DNA of 60,415 nt, filler included, from Globobulimina sp. (GCA_003354225.1; 15 parts of 15 records of this genome joined end to end with filler, not necessarily neighbours in it), one strand, 5' to 3'; positions 36,327 to 49,648 are shown, numbered from the whole stretch's first letter. Numbers and translations are program-made. The notes: generated by a model from the letters alone, not told the origin.

Positions 36327-37860
36327 TGTCCACTGGGCCGGATGTTTTGATATGTTTATGGATACTCGCAGGAACATATAGCGTCATATTGACACCAATA
36401 TCGATTTACTATGTCTATAAATTAAGGAAACTATCTTTACAAAATATCCCTTGGTTCAGCAAACGTCATCCAAAATTAATAATATTCAGTGCAATTCTAT
36501 TCAATTTATATCCAACAATATTCAGACCCGTTGCTGATTATTTGCTGATTACATTTGGCGCAAATAATCCATTAGCACTTATTATTGCAAATATAACGCA
36601 ATGGTACTTACTATTGCAATATATGCGAGTATGGCTTTTATTTTATGACTACAAATATCAAATACATTCATTATCTTTAAAATGGAAACAGCATATTCTC
36701 AAAGAACAGACAAACATACCATGGACGCACAACTATAAATGGTTAGGAAATGTTAAAATACTGTGTATAATATACATCATTGTTTGTTTGGTATTCATTA
36801 TAATGATAATCGGTGGTCTTTTATTATTTGGTGTTACTTTTATGTATACAATGCAAGCGCTGCCGATGTTGTGTACAATGTTTCTGTTAATCATTGCATT
36901 TAAAATCCGAAAGTGCACCGATCAATTTATGATACAAAAAGAGTTTAAAATCTATGGCATGTCGTTGATCTTAGCCATTATTTTATATATTGTCATTCAG
37001 GCGACTGCAATGAGTGGAACTGCCCAACGCTTCATATTAATGAATATGTTTTGCTGTTCGTCCTGTTATATTATGATTTTTGTGTCGACATATTGGGTCA
37101 TTAAACAATATGAAAAACAGCAGATTATAATTGATCTATGTACAGATCCACAAATAATTATTGCGAAACGATTGAGTTTGGAACAAATATTGTCGACCAA
37201 AGATGGCTTTGATGTCTTTGCTAACCATTTGATCAAAGAATTCAGGTAATTTCCTTAATTAATTTGTCTTCGAATTCGTTTTTCAAATAAATAAATAATA
37301 TATTGCAGTATCGAGAACTTGCTGTTTATATTTGAAATGGTGCAGATTAAAAATGAATTAGTTGCTCATAAGTTCAGTTTGTATATATCTGGATATGTAT
37401 TGAATTGACTATATTTAAAAACAGTTTGTTGGAGAAACAAAATATCGGAATAACAATTTGCATCGATTTCCATAGGATTGATAGTTTGCGAAGGAAAGAC
37501 AGTTATATTTATACAATGGATGAAATGAAACGAAATATTAAATATATTATGAATCAATATATTGATATGAATGGTGAATATTGTGTTAATATATCATCAT
37601 TTATGAGAGAAGCGTTACTGAAGGAATATAAGAAATTGGATGATAGCATGAGAAACGTTGTTGAATTGACAGCTATTCACACTAAAACATATAAAAATGA
37701 TACTTATGAAATTAAAAAAAAACAGAAAGAATTGGTTGGACAATATATAGCCATATTTGATAAATCAATGGAAGAAATTATTCAATTGATGAGAAGCGAT
37801 TCATTGGTGAGGTTTTATGGAACCGAGGAATATAAAACAATGACCAAAGACAAGAAGTAA
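36327..37860 (+). CDS. 7TM-RGS protein (seven-TM domain fused to an RGS domain), 3 exons
   Basis: About seven hydrophobic segments, then LEQILSTKDGFDVFANHLIKEFS|IENLLF (intron 37246-37308), YI...VNIS, IFD...EIIQLMRSDSLVRF. Confidence 0.85.
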
Positions 37861-38011
37861 TTGTTTGCATACTGTAAATTAATGTTTTACGTACGTATGA
37901 TATTAATGTTTGTGTTTGGAGCAAAAAACTCAGCTCAGCAAAATTTCGGAATTTGAATCTAGTACAAACACACTCCATAATGTATTAAGTGTTGTAATTT
38001 AAGATTATTAT

Positions 38012-39154
38012 CTATGAAAACATATCATTGTTTAAAGACATATTATTTAGAGATGTCTCTGTCAGCGAAACATCTTCCAATATTTGTCCGGTGTCGAAAC
38101 GGTCCAATGTCTGTTGATGTAATTGCTGCATTTTATTTTCCACCATATGTTTGCACCAATTTTCGCAACAATTATGACATTTTCCACAAAGATATTTGTA
38201 CGTTTCATCATTTGTTTTGAAACTTAAATAAATGCACAACATTTCAAAAAAGATAGCCAACGCAAAGAGAAATTTGTACGTTACTTCCATTCTATAATCC
38301 TGAATAATAATGGGTCCAATTACGAATAGACATTGATACAAAACAATTGCAGTTATTCCTAAAAATGAGTTTTTTATCATGGTCGAAACTAAACATTTCT
38401 GTTTCTCATTCAATTCAATCGGCGTTGGAATGCGGTTGGTCTGTGACTGTGAGTTGGATTTCGATCTGGATAAATTAATATAATTTGCCCCACAGAATGA
38501 GGTGGACAAAGATGATGTTATTCTTTTCTCATTGAAAATATGTATGGATGTTCTTTGAGACAATGTTAGTTTAAATAATTTAGAAACAAATAATGAAATT
38601 AATAAGAAGCCATACAAACAGCTCAGAGCTAAAATTAAGGACAAAACAATCGTATTAAATAAACGAAACTGCTTTGATTTTATCTCTTGATTCACATATA
38701 TTGACTGACAAAACCATACCATCCATGCTATTAAAACAACAATGAATAAAATTATAAATATTTTAATTTTCAATGTAGATAATGCATATATCGTCGCTGT
38801 GAATGTTTGGTATAAACGTAGCGTCATTAATGTGTAAAATGACAACTGTCCTAACATTAGCATGACATATGAAAAAATGCGATTCCATTCAGAATTGTTG
38901 ACTTTAGCATCAGGCCAAAATAAAATAAAATATGTGAAATAAAATGCTGAATGTATTGTTGACACAAATCGTATTGATTTATAAATCGTTTTTTCCGGAA
39001 GTGTGCACCATAGTTTTTTTATTGTCAATGATAGAAAGGTTGCAGTGTATAATAATGTGAATATATATATTCCAATGTCGAATCTATATACTCTCTCTTC
39101 ATCGATGTTGTTTGTAAACCAAGCAGCTGAATTGCCCATATTCTGCAGAAACAC
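38012..39154 (-). CDS. GPCR-like seven-TM protein
   Basis: About seven TM segments, a long third loop, and a Cys-rich tail (YKYLCGKCHNCC). Confidence 0.65.
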   Translation of the reverse strand: MFLQNMGNSAAWFTNNIDEERVYRFDIGIYIFTLLYTATFLSLTIKKLWCTLPEKTIYKSIRFVSTIHSAFYFTYFILFWPDAKVNNSEWNRIFSYVMLMLGQLSFYTLMTLRLYQTFTATIYALSTLKIKIFIILFIVVLIAWMVWFCQSIYVNQEIKSKQFRLFNTIVLSLILALSCLYGFLLISLFVSKLFKLTLSQRTSIHIFNEKRITSSLSTSFCGANYINLSRSKSNSQSQTNRIPTPIELNEKQKCLVSTMIKNSFLGITAIVLYQCLFVIGPIIIQDYRMEVTYKFLFALAIFFEMLCIYLSFKTNDETYKYLCGKCHNCCENWCKHMVENKMQQLHQQTLDRFDTGQILEDVSLTETSLNNMSLNNDMFS

Positions 39155-39648
39155 GATAGAATTATTATGATTAGAGTTTGTTACGAAACAAAAACGTTTG
39201 AGTCAAGTCGTTTTTTAACTACTTTAGTGGCGTTTTTTATTAGTAAAAGTTAAGTTCGCGCTGTTTAATTATTTAAAATATGTTATCATTATGCTGTCTC
39301 GCCATTGTCGATAATATGTTATCAATGTCATCCAACGAGACGCTATTCCAATCACAACCTGGCAAAAACCATTGTTTTTCATCATCACCAACAGTATCAA
39401 CTAATAAAAGTCGATACAACATTCATAACAGGTTTAACAAATAGAGCCATTTATTCAATAATTCGTAATATAAATGCGATAAACACAATGTACACTGAGC
39501 ATTTATTCAACGTATTATAGATGGACGATATCTCCAATCCCATACATTAACTAATCCATATACGATCTTGATATCTCACTTTAAGAGCTGAATAATATAC
39601 ATTTCAACTGAATAATATCCGCGATTATAAGGCGCCATGCCGCCAATA

Positions 39649-39717
39649 TCCCACGCCAGGATTTGAACCTGGATTCCTTGCATAAAAGCAGTGCTCTTCC
39701 AATTGAGCTACGTGAGA
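39649..39717 (-). tRNA. tRNA-like element (pseudo-tRNA or tRNA-derived SINE head), anticodon unassignable
   Basis: Acceptor stem TCTCACG/CGTGGGA, D arm GCTC-AATTGGAA-GAGC, T arm CCAGG-TTCAAAT-CCTGG. Anticodon plus variable region is 19 nt, 2-3 nt shorter than usual. Confidence 0.75.
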
Positions 39718-39858
39718 TTTATGCACCCGAAAATCACCAACAACAAAATCAATATGTTTTGTTGGTATATAGATATAAAAGCTAATGCTGAGGTGTTCGA
39801 CAAGATCAGTACTTATCGGAGACCCCTAATGATGAATGAAAGAAATGCATTAAAGTCA

Positions 39859-39931
39859 GAGGTTTGAGAGGTTGAGAGGTTCGGAGGTTTATGCGTTGAG
39901 AAGTTGAGAGGTTGGGATGTTGAGAAGTTGG
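39859..39931 (+). repeat. Degenerate 8-nt tandem repeat (GTTGAGAG/GTTGAGAA)
   Basis: About eight to nine imperfect units visible. Confidence 0.7.
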
Positions 39932-40402
39932 TGGATATAAGTGTCGTATAATTGGATTCTTTGTTTCATTAATAATTCAGTGAGTGAATGCTTTCTTGAT
40001 GTAATCTGCAGACTTTCACTGTTTTTTTTTAAACTCAACCTCAACATTATTTAGACATTTTTACACTGACGCTTTGCCAGTAGTGCTTTACGACAAACAG
40101 CACAAGAAAAGACCGCAACAATCAACAATCACAAATCCATAGATTACGACTATCCGACATCGACAATACAAGCAAGAACAATACAAACATAAAAACACGA
40201 TATGGATTTTGATATCTTTTTAGAGGAAGAGTTCAATGATGAATGTAGCTCAGTGAGTGNNNNNNNNNNNNNNNNNNNNNNNNNNNNNNNNNNNNNNNNN
40301 NNNTTAATTAATTAANNNNNNNNNNNNNNNNNNNNNNNNNNNNNNNNNNNNNNNNNNNNGTTAGATGTGGAAGAAATTTGTAGTTTGTAAAAAAAACTTT
40401 CA

Positions 40403-43400
40403 TCAGATATTAATAGAAAAAGATGCAAGATTGAGTTTGTCAATTGCCATTTTCACTATTTCTACATCAGATGGATATCTGTTTATTGTTGTATACTGAT
40501 CATTTCCTTTTTGTTGCCATTCTTTAAAAATAATCTTTTCTTTCCCATCATCACTGTTACAAACAAACAATGTCTGCGCTGTTTTTGTTGGTAAATAGAT
40601 GTTATTATTATACACTTTCATATCAATCCCACCGACCGGAATATCACATGGATCATAACCATCATCATCCAATAATATCAATTCATTAGCTGTCAACATA
40701 TCATTTGCACCGGCATTACAACAAAAAACCAATGCTTTTTCAATATACGCATATACATTATTCAAATTATACACATCATGTCCTCCAAAATCGCCCTTCA
40801 AAGCACCTCTGCCATAAACAAAAAAATTATCAGTCACATTGTAATAGGAAGCACCATCATCGGTATCCACCGCTTCTTGCGTTTGATAGGTACCAATCCA
40901 TAAATTATTATGTATTTGGTTAAAGGCTGGGATTATGGATGATGTCCCATTGCGTACCCTGGTGATATATGGAAGTCTGTCCCACGCATTAAAGGGTCCG
41001 TGGTCGCCACTCTCTCGGCACACATTGAAGATTAAGTTACCAAATATTTCATTCTTTCCACCAAAACCATCGTTTATGTTTATTGCTGCACGCGGTCCAT
41101 TGTAGAATATATTAAATTTGAATGTTGTCTCACAGCTAACAGCTTGAAATAAGGCGCTTTATACAGTTTACGTGCAATATTAATCCAAATGGAACATGTC
41201 ATGTCGTACATTTTTGGCGCTGACCTGCTAATTTGTATTAATATACAATTACATACCTCGCTTGCTTTTGAAATATACCAATTTCACGAAATTGGTTATA
41301 TTGAATGATGGTAAATCGTGGCTGTGTTCCAGTTCTCCCATCTGGTCCGCCACCGGGTATTACATGGTCAAACCCTGTGGTTTCTCCCCATAAACAAATA
41401 CAAGATTCGCCGATCCATTCGAATGAGTTATATTCAATCACACAATTTCTATTATATCCCAGTAACATTATTGCATTGCCATCCAAACGAGTAAATAAAC
41501 AGTGTCTTATTAACACATTCTCACTCTCTTTGACCGACACAGCGGCCTTTTTACTCAACGCCCAGTCCCCAGACGATGGCAAACCGTGTACATCCATGAA
41601 AGTATAAGCAGTATCACAAAATTCGATGCCTTCAAATGTCACATTCCTGACCCGAGTCATATTAAACAGCACTTTCAAATTGGTTGCTGCAAAAGTATCT
41701 GACTGGAATGGCTCGGAATGATTGTGATAAAAATACAAAACGTTGCTGCTCTGATTATAAAAATACTCATTCGGTGAGTCTAACTCTTCAAAAACATTTT
41801 CAATGTAATACTCACCGCCCCAGTATTCGCCCTCAGCGCCTTGATGCCCACCACGGTCAAAGCTAAGTATGTTAGTGTCCGTATCGAATGATTTGACATC
41901 AAACATCCACGTAAACCAATGCTTAGGATGCCATACATGAATGACCGCATCTTGTAACGTATTGTTGTCATAAGCACCATTGGACAAACCTGGCAAATAT
42001 ACTTTCTCTTCGTTTAATCGCATGCCCGAAGGATATTTATGTTGGGAGATAAAGTGTCGATGCGATCGTGGCGGCTTCTTAGCACACCAATACCCAAAAT
42101 CCGGTGCATAATCCCGGCACGGCCCACCTTTCCCAACCACAAACTGCCCCGAATCACCCTCTCCATTCAGTTTGTGCCTCCACAAATGAACTGTTTTGAG
42201 TGGATCGTCAGTAGGACTATGCATTGGCCATTCTACGTCTGGGTAGTCAGCTGCGTCGATTATTACATCTGTCGCATCAAAAAAAGCATCGCTTATATTG
42301 GGACTGATCCATTTTCTTTGCGTTGGTTTTTTTTCAGTTTGTGCCATCCATCCAGACAACACATCGAATTGCATGGCGATTTCCGCATTTTGGTTGGGAT
42401 AACGGGCACGAATCAGACGAGATTTGTTCAGTCGTAATCCGTATATTGTACCATCTAATAATTTCTCATGATTTGCTACTTTTATGTACCATATGTTACG
42501 CCCTTCAATACGCGCAGAATGTGTATTTGTTGTCTTGTATGGCGACCAGGAGATATCCGGCACTCCAAAGCACTGTTTTGCTTTAAACAGTTTGTGTGAA
42601 TGTCGTGCAGCAAAATCGAACCATGTTATCGAGTGTATTGCAATGGAGTTACTTCTAATATTATACTGCTTTGCTGCCGAAATACAGTCGTTGAACGACG
42701 TAGTTCTGCCCAAATATACTAACTTTCCCAACAATGTTGTCTCGTCATGTTCAATTTTGCGATTGTATACGTTATTAGTATGCAAATGTTGCACCCATTG
42801 GGGTTTCTGAAACTGGTACAACTTCCAATCTGTGACGAATTCGAGTTTGATGCCGCCTGAAATAACAGGCTTGTGATGTTTATAATTTTTAAAAGTTAGA
42901 AAGCTGTCTTTCTCTGTCAATAATATAGTATCATTTAAGTAGAAAGTACCGCCCATTAATAGTATAAAGCATTGCTTAAATGAGTTGTTATTAGCAACCC
43001 TGTATTGTCTGCTTGCGACAATTCCTCGCAGAATGGTATAAAAAGGATACGTTAAGCTACCAACACTGGAATCATTGCCGTTGATAGGATCTATATAAAA
43101 CGTACAAGCATAGGTGTTGCTGTCCGAATGGTAATGTTTAAAGTGTGGGTTGCTGTTGTTTTCTGTTTGTAATATGTTGTCTGTGTGGATAGTGATATTG
43201 CATGCTGCCAATTGTAATGCATCAAACAGATGTTTATTAGCACCGCGATGTGGTTGTATAAATTTGCCATAATTCCATGCAAAAAAACGTACAGAACAAT
43301 CAAAACTGTTTGTGACACCATGCGGCGTTCCAGAGTTGATGAACGGTGAAGGATGATTGTTAATATATTTGTTGTTATTTATCCAATTTTTATACCACAA

Positions 43401-43673
43401 CTCAAATTTGGATGCGGTATTGTGAGGTTGTGGGGAAACTGGAGGTAATGAGTCAGGTTTGTTATTTGTTGGTTGGTGGTGCTGGCTCTTTTCTATCTCA
43501 CCTTGATTAATTCTAATATTATTTTCATTGATATTGAGTGATGATATTATTGATATAGGTGCTATGTTTTGTTGGTTTTGAGCCGATATTGATACAAGAA
43601 AAGATCCAATAATTATTGTTGTGATAATGAGCACAAGCAGTAGACATCTGAAGCGAATACGATAGATTGACAT
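40403..43673 (-). CDS. Type II membrane right-handed beta-helix protein (pectin lyase-like, GH141-related), 2 exons
   Basis: N-terminal TM; YIDPINGNDS..GSLTYPFYTI, RARYPN, YYIENVFEELDSPNEYFY, DHGPFNAWDR, DTDDGASYY. Intron at about 41158-41256. Confidence 0.78.
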
Positions 43674-43759
43674 TACAGAGAGCTATTTAGCATATAAAAA
43701 GTTTTTCCATATAAAAAGAATTTTTTACTAATTACCACTAGTGAATAGTTACGCCAACA

Positions 43760-44292
43760 ATGACTGAAGATTCAATGGTATGTCTTGGAGGGGTAATAGC
43801 CTGTGCAGTATTGACACTTAGGGTAGTAGCCATTCGATGTATGTTCTTTTATGTTATCACTATCATTGTTATGTGATCAACAAAACAAATATCAATATAC
43901 AAAAATAATTATAAAAAGGCTCTGTAACTTGCAGCACAATTTTTGCAGATGAAGATTTTGTGTCAAATTGTGTTGAACCAACAAATATCGACATTATTGA
44001 ACCAAATGAAGAAGAATTTGGTGCATTGTCATCAATCCCTCTATTTTCCTGTTTATTGGCATGTCTTTTGGGGTGTTGTTATAATCAATGTGAAGAATTT
44101 GTGTCCCGCACGCTTGGATGTGCCCTAATTGTTGAATTATTGATATACTTCATATTATTTGCGCATATTGGTGCTTTAAGCAATTTAGACAATACATTTG
44201 GTGGCAGCACGTGTTCAATGAATGATGATTTTAACAATGCTGTGAATTGGACAAAAACAGGTAACTGTTATTTGACAAAATACGTTTCTACG
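43760..44292 (+). CDS. Cys-containing membrane protein, partial
   Basis: Hydrophobic segments in ORF 43960-44292; probable upstream exon from ATG 43760. Confidence 0.4.
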
Positions 44293-44392
44293 NNNNNNNN
44301 NNNNNNNNNNNNNNNNNNNNNNNNNNNNNNNNNNNNTTAATTAATTAANNNNNNNNNNNNNNNNNNNNNNNNNNNNNNNNNNNNNNNNNNNN

Positions 44393-45420
44393 ATAATATC
44401 TGAATTGTAATGATTTAATTGTTTATATTTTGTCATAATATCATTCAATTTGTTATGTAATGATTTATTTTGTTTCATTAATGAAATGTTCATTTTTTTA
44501 TATTCATCAATACATTTACTGGATTCTTTTACGGTTTTAGTCATTTCCGAAAATTTGAGCTCATACTCATTGCATCGGTGCTTTAATAACTCATTGATTT
44601 CAATGGCTTGAGATAGATTATTTGCTAATTTCATTGTCTGCTGCTTGGAATGCGCCTTTTCAGCGTCATGAATCTCGTCCAACTTAGTTTGATGCGTTTT
44701 ATATAATTCAATATCCGATGTCCTCTTCGTATCATATTGCAAAAACTTCTCTAACTGTTGTCGTAATTTGGTGTTCTCTTCGACCAATAAATTATATCTT
44801 TCTTCGTGATCACCAATCTTATTTTTAATGTCAGACAATGAATTTTCAAACTTATGCTCAATATCGCTGCGCCAGTTTTTTTCTCGACTCTCAATATCGC
44901 ACATATTCTTATTTAACATTTTCTTGTCTTGTTGTAATTTTTTACATAATTTTTTTAATGTTGAATTTTGTTGAATTATATTGCTTGAGTTTGATTTTAA
45001 ATTACTTTCACAATCTACCACATGGTAAAATATATCATTTATTCGTAAGATAAATTTATATAATTCATCCATATGCTTATTACTGTCCATTGTCGCATCA
45101 TTTTTATATTCTTGTCTCATCATATTCATTTCTTGTAAAATTACATTTTTTTTAAATAATGCCGCATTCTCTTGTCTCTTTTGTGACTGTTCAATTTCTG
45201 CTATCTTATTTTGTAACATTTGAGAAATTGATGCATTCGAAGATGCATTATTTGTCTCGTCATTTATTTGCTGCTCAATTAATGCATCAAAATCAAGGTT
45301 ATTATTATTATTATTATTGTTGTTGTTGTTGTTATTATTGTTATTATTTGCTGCGTGACTCTTATTTTTAGCTTTTTTATTTTTTCTTTTTTTATTCTGA
45401 CTGGACTTTCGTTTAGGCAT
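44393..45420 (-). CDS. Taxilin-like coiled-coil protein, 3'-partial
   Basis: LKKLCKKLQQDKK...FENSLSDIK...EENTKLRQQL follows the taxilin pattern; poly-Asn N-terminus; ATG at 45420. Confidence 0.7.
45298..45348. repeat. (AAT/AAC)n microsatellite encoding poly-Asn
   Basis: About 17 Asn codons. Confidence 0.9.
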
Positions 45421-45621
45421 ACTTTGCTCAGTGGAACTGCGTAGGATGAGGATTTTCAAAAAACCTTGAAACTAGATTTTGTTATTTTTGTTTTCTGTGA
45501 AAACCGTGTGGATAAAAATAAACCAATTGAATTCATTTGTAATTTATTTAACATTGAATCAGAAATGAAATATATTGTAAAATAAGTAATCAATTTTATA
45601 AAACAATGAAAAGAAAAAAAA

Positions 45622-47659
45622 TCAAAAAAATTGTTTGCAATGTCCAGCATAATTTGAGTTTATAATTAACGGTCGTATTTCATCAAATGTTTCATTTATA
45701 TTTTTGTCATTTATTGCGCTTGTTATATGAACATAAACTGTTTTATTTGGATCTCGATTTTGTTTTAAAAACAAACTAACAATAAATTCAATTGCTTTAT
45801 CATAACATTTCTCAAAATATACATTATTTTCTTCAACACTTTTTTGTCCATCATATTTAAAATTTGGTCCTGTCCATTTTTTACCTGTCCATTCATTCAA
45901 ATTTTCAAACGGCACAAATGGTTCATTCTCATTCTCACTCTCATTGTCATTGTCATTGCCATCATATGATTCTGTCTTATTATCATCATCCACAAATTCA
46001 GGGAAATCAAACGGCATTGCATTTGGTGAGGGTGGTGGTGTAATTTGTGGATGCTTTATCTTTATACAATAATCATCTTTTTTAATATCAGCAAATCCAA
46101 CTTTTAATGAAATTTCATCATATAACATTTGTCGAAATATATCATTTTTATTTAAAAACAATATCATTTCTGATCTCCGAAACCATCGACCATTACATAT
46201 CTCGTTAAATAGCTCAATCGCATCATGCATTGATATGCTTTTCTCGTCCTCCCATAATACACAGCAATAATGAGATAAGGCCGCCACAAATATCACAATA
46301 TCTACATTTTCAAAGGTATGGATCCATTTTTTTCTCTCATTTCTCTCACCGCCGGTATCAAAGATTGAGATTTCATGTGAATTCATAGTATATCGTGATT
46401 CAATCATGCCAGTGGTCCTAATCCTTAATCGGATGATATCTTCAATGCTCGGACAATAATTTACATCAAATATGGCATCCAGCTGTTGATAAAAATAATG
46501 GATATTATCGGGTATCGTAAATCGTTTATGCCGAAATTTTATCGCAGTTTGAACCGATTTTAAATTCCATAAAAATGAAATGGACTGCGACAATTGCGAC
46601 AAATCTAAGTTTTCAATTTTCTCAAACGATTCAGACCGAAACTTGATGACATAATTAATTGAATCCCTTATTTGCACATTATTGTCATCAATATAACAAT
46701 CCATAAAATATTTGCTATTTAAGTAATATAACATGGTGGATTTATGTAACACAATCAACAAAACAGAGACACAATTTTGTCGAATGGCATGCGTTGCTTC
46801 CGATAGTTCATTCTCATCAAAACAATTGTTTTTGCCTAATATTAATTTTAATTGCTTGAAGATGGTGGTCTTTCCACACGAACCATTCCCTAATAACAAT
46901 ATCTTCCGCTTATCCTCCTCCTTTATATTGTTTATATTATTATTATTATTATTTATGTGTCCTGGATCGGAGTGATACGAATTATCAATTTCAAAATCAA
47001 TGTTATTGTTATTATTATTATTATCTTCCTCGCTAAATGCATTTCGGATAAATAATCTCTTCTTTTTCCTATTTCTTTTTTTTTTTCTTTTCTTTTTTTT
47101 TGTGATTAGCATTGCCGCGACTTTCATCGTTAAAATGTAAATAAGGTATTGCAGATTCAAATCGTTTGTGTGTTTTAAATTTTTGTCTCTGCTTAAATGT
47201 AAACAATGCAGTCTTTGCTATTATTATGTAATTTATGTTATATTTGCCAGAGTGTAATATTTGCGAATTTGCGAGGGTTTAACTTGATTTTTTTTTCTTT
47301 ATTATTGCAGAATTCGGTGCTATCTCAGTTGCAATGGATGTTATTAAATGTTGGTTCGGTGTCGATGCATTATAATCGATGGTGGCTCGTGTTGAGAAAC
47401 TTGGGTTGTAAGTGGCTGCATTATTGTCACCGAATGTTGGTGTTGATACAGATCGAACCATTTTGTTTGGAGAGAAACCAACAGAATATGCATGTGCATG
47501 TGTATGTGCTCCTGCTCCATTCAAATGTTTGTTACCATTCTTACTGTTTAGTATATTTCCCTTGTTAGTTTCTGGTTGTTTTGGCTGTTTTATATATGGT
47601 GAGGATGGACTTATTGTCACCGTGTGACGACGTTTGTGTCTGCTTTGTTCGCTGCCCAT
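45622..47659 (-). CDS. Atypical heterotrimeric G-protein alpha subunit with a long myristoylated N-terminus
   Basis: GNGSCGKTT, RIRTTG, DTGGERNERKKW, FLNKND, TSAIN. Upstream exon 47279-47659 starts MGSEQS; the splice junction is inferred. Confidence 0.9.
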
Positions 47660-47829
47660 TACACAATGTCCATGGTCCGAAAATATTAATTGGGGTTGTT
47701 TTTTATTGTCTCACAAAACCTATATATTACAAAAGTTAACCCCCCTCCCCCTGTTTGATAATCCATCTATAACATGGGAAATTTTGCAATACTATGCAAA
47801 CGCACGTCCACTAATATACAAATAAGACT

Positions 47830-47879
47830 GTATACAAATTCAGACTTTAATTGTATACTGGAGATAGCGGACAGTATAC
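47830..47879 (-). repeat. Dispersed GTATAC-rich repeat, copy 2
   Basis: Reverse-complement match to 35374-35444; three GTATAC palindromes. Confidence 0.8.
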
Positions 47880-48017
47880 ACCCAAATGTAACCACAAACA
47901 CATATAAATAAATCTATTATAAGAAACATTCGTTTTACAAAACGGGCTGTTTCTTTCAAAAGGAAATTTGGAGAAGTCATCCAATTTTGCAAGCAATAAA
48001 AATATTAATTTTTTGAA

Positions 48018-48324
48018 TCAGCACCATTTTTGAATAATATTTGTGATTATTTCTGCTTTTATGGGCAAGAGTGGTTGGTAATGTCTACCATCACTTGTCC
48101 AATCACAACGATTGAATGTTAATTGCCATTGATTCCAGTACAATAATTTAAACCTTTTATTATTATTTGTTTTATTTTTATCAAGTTGCAGCTGCTTATA
48201 TTTGACCCATTGCCGCATTCTCTCATTTAAATACTTTGTACCAAATTCTGTCAATGTATTATATTTACAAAATTCAAATCCATTCATTGTAAAACCAGAT
48301 GTATTAAAATTATCAACAACTAAA
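48018..48324 (-). CDS. Hypothetical protein C-terminus (SGNH-like DGRHY motif), partial
   Basis: DxxH near the C-terminus; truncated by the contig edge. Confidence 0.4.
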
Positions 48325-48424
48325 NNNNNNNNNNNNNNNNNNNNNNNNNNNNNNNNNNNNNNNNNNNNTTAATTAATTAANNNNNNNNNNNNNNNNNNNN
48401 NNNNNNNNNNNNNNNNNNNNNNNN

Positions 48425-49648
48425 GACCATTTATTCAACACAACATCATGTATGCCATCACCAACAACCACCACTGTTTCATGCTTAAATCCTTGCGGGA
48501 TTTCCAAAATCTGCCCTGCGATTCCTAAGCGCCAATCGTTATTTATATTTCCAGAGCCATTATTAACTAAAATGTATCCTTGTACCGCCACAAATACATA
48601 TCCTTGCGAAAGTAATTGGTTTTTAATTTTCTGTGTGGCAGTTGCATGGTCCTGCTTTTCTTGATTGTAATATAAGCTTAACGCCAATCGATTTGTTGCA
48701 TTATTCCTATAAATATATCCGTTATTAAATGAAATAGTATATGTATTATCTGGCGGTGATATCGAGGTTGCAACATAATTGTCGTTATATTGAGTGGAAT
48801 ACCACAATGTCAATGCGATTAATTCCGGGCTATCATCGAGTGGGAATCCATCACCTTCAACATCACGATCCCCATAATCACCGTTTGCATCGTAACATTG
48901 ACTGCTAATACATAATAAACTATCCTTCCTCTGACTGTTGTACATAAATGTTGCTGTTGCTCTTCCTGCACTGGGCACAACATTCAATTGCGTCGAAATC
49001 CCAAAATTATCATTAGTCGCTACCAAAACAGCATGGTCGCTATTATCATACAGTACCACTGGTCCTCCAATAATGCCCGCCAATGCATTGGTGGCTAATG
49101 GTGCCATGCCATAATCAGCTGCGCTGAATGTGTTTTTCCATGTTAGATACCCTAATGTTTGAGCAGCATACTTTGAATTGGATACGACATTGAATGCTGG
49201 AAATATTAGGAATGGGTTGCTGTGATATTCAGATGCGTCACAACTGCTGGGTATGGGAGCAGGTACGTAATGAATTTGTGCCAGTAACTGCCACAGCCTG
49301 CCCATCGTCATAAAATTTAAAACTAGTATCAAATCGAATCATTGTTGTTGATGTTTGCCAAGAAAATATTTGCTCACTATATTGTCCACCAAAATCATCA
49401 TCGCCGCTTTTTGTTGATGTCGCTGTTAACATTATTTCATCCCAACCTTCGTTTTTTACTGTTGTTGTATTTGTAGAACTCCATTTACTGTGAAAATAAC
49501 CTTCTAATTGGCCTGATTCTAACCATAAATCATCATTCACAAAAACTTGATAAAACGAGTTTCCTTTTTGTTGGGGATTGATACTTACATTCAATGTTGT
49601 TGCGATAGTAGTTGTAATTAACAGCAAAAGTGCATATAAAAGTGTCAT
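48425..49648 (-). CDS. Secreted protein (possibly carbohydrate-active) with a frame break near 49240-49300, 3'-partial
   Basis: Signal peptide in ORF 49238-49648; continuation in another frame with LTLWYS..DNY / LSLYYN..QDH repeat units. Confidence 0.55.

Noticed and set aside
39649-39717. Ochre suppressor tRNA (TTA in the loop)
   Set aside because: The loop is 6 nt so the anticodon register is undefined, and TAA is used as a normal stop throughout the window.
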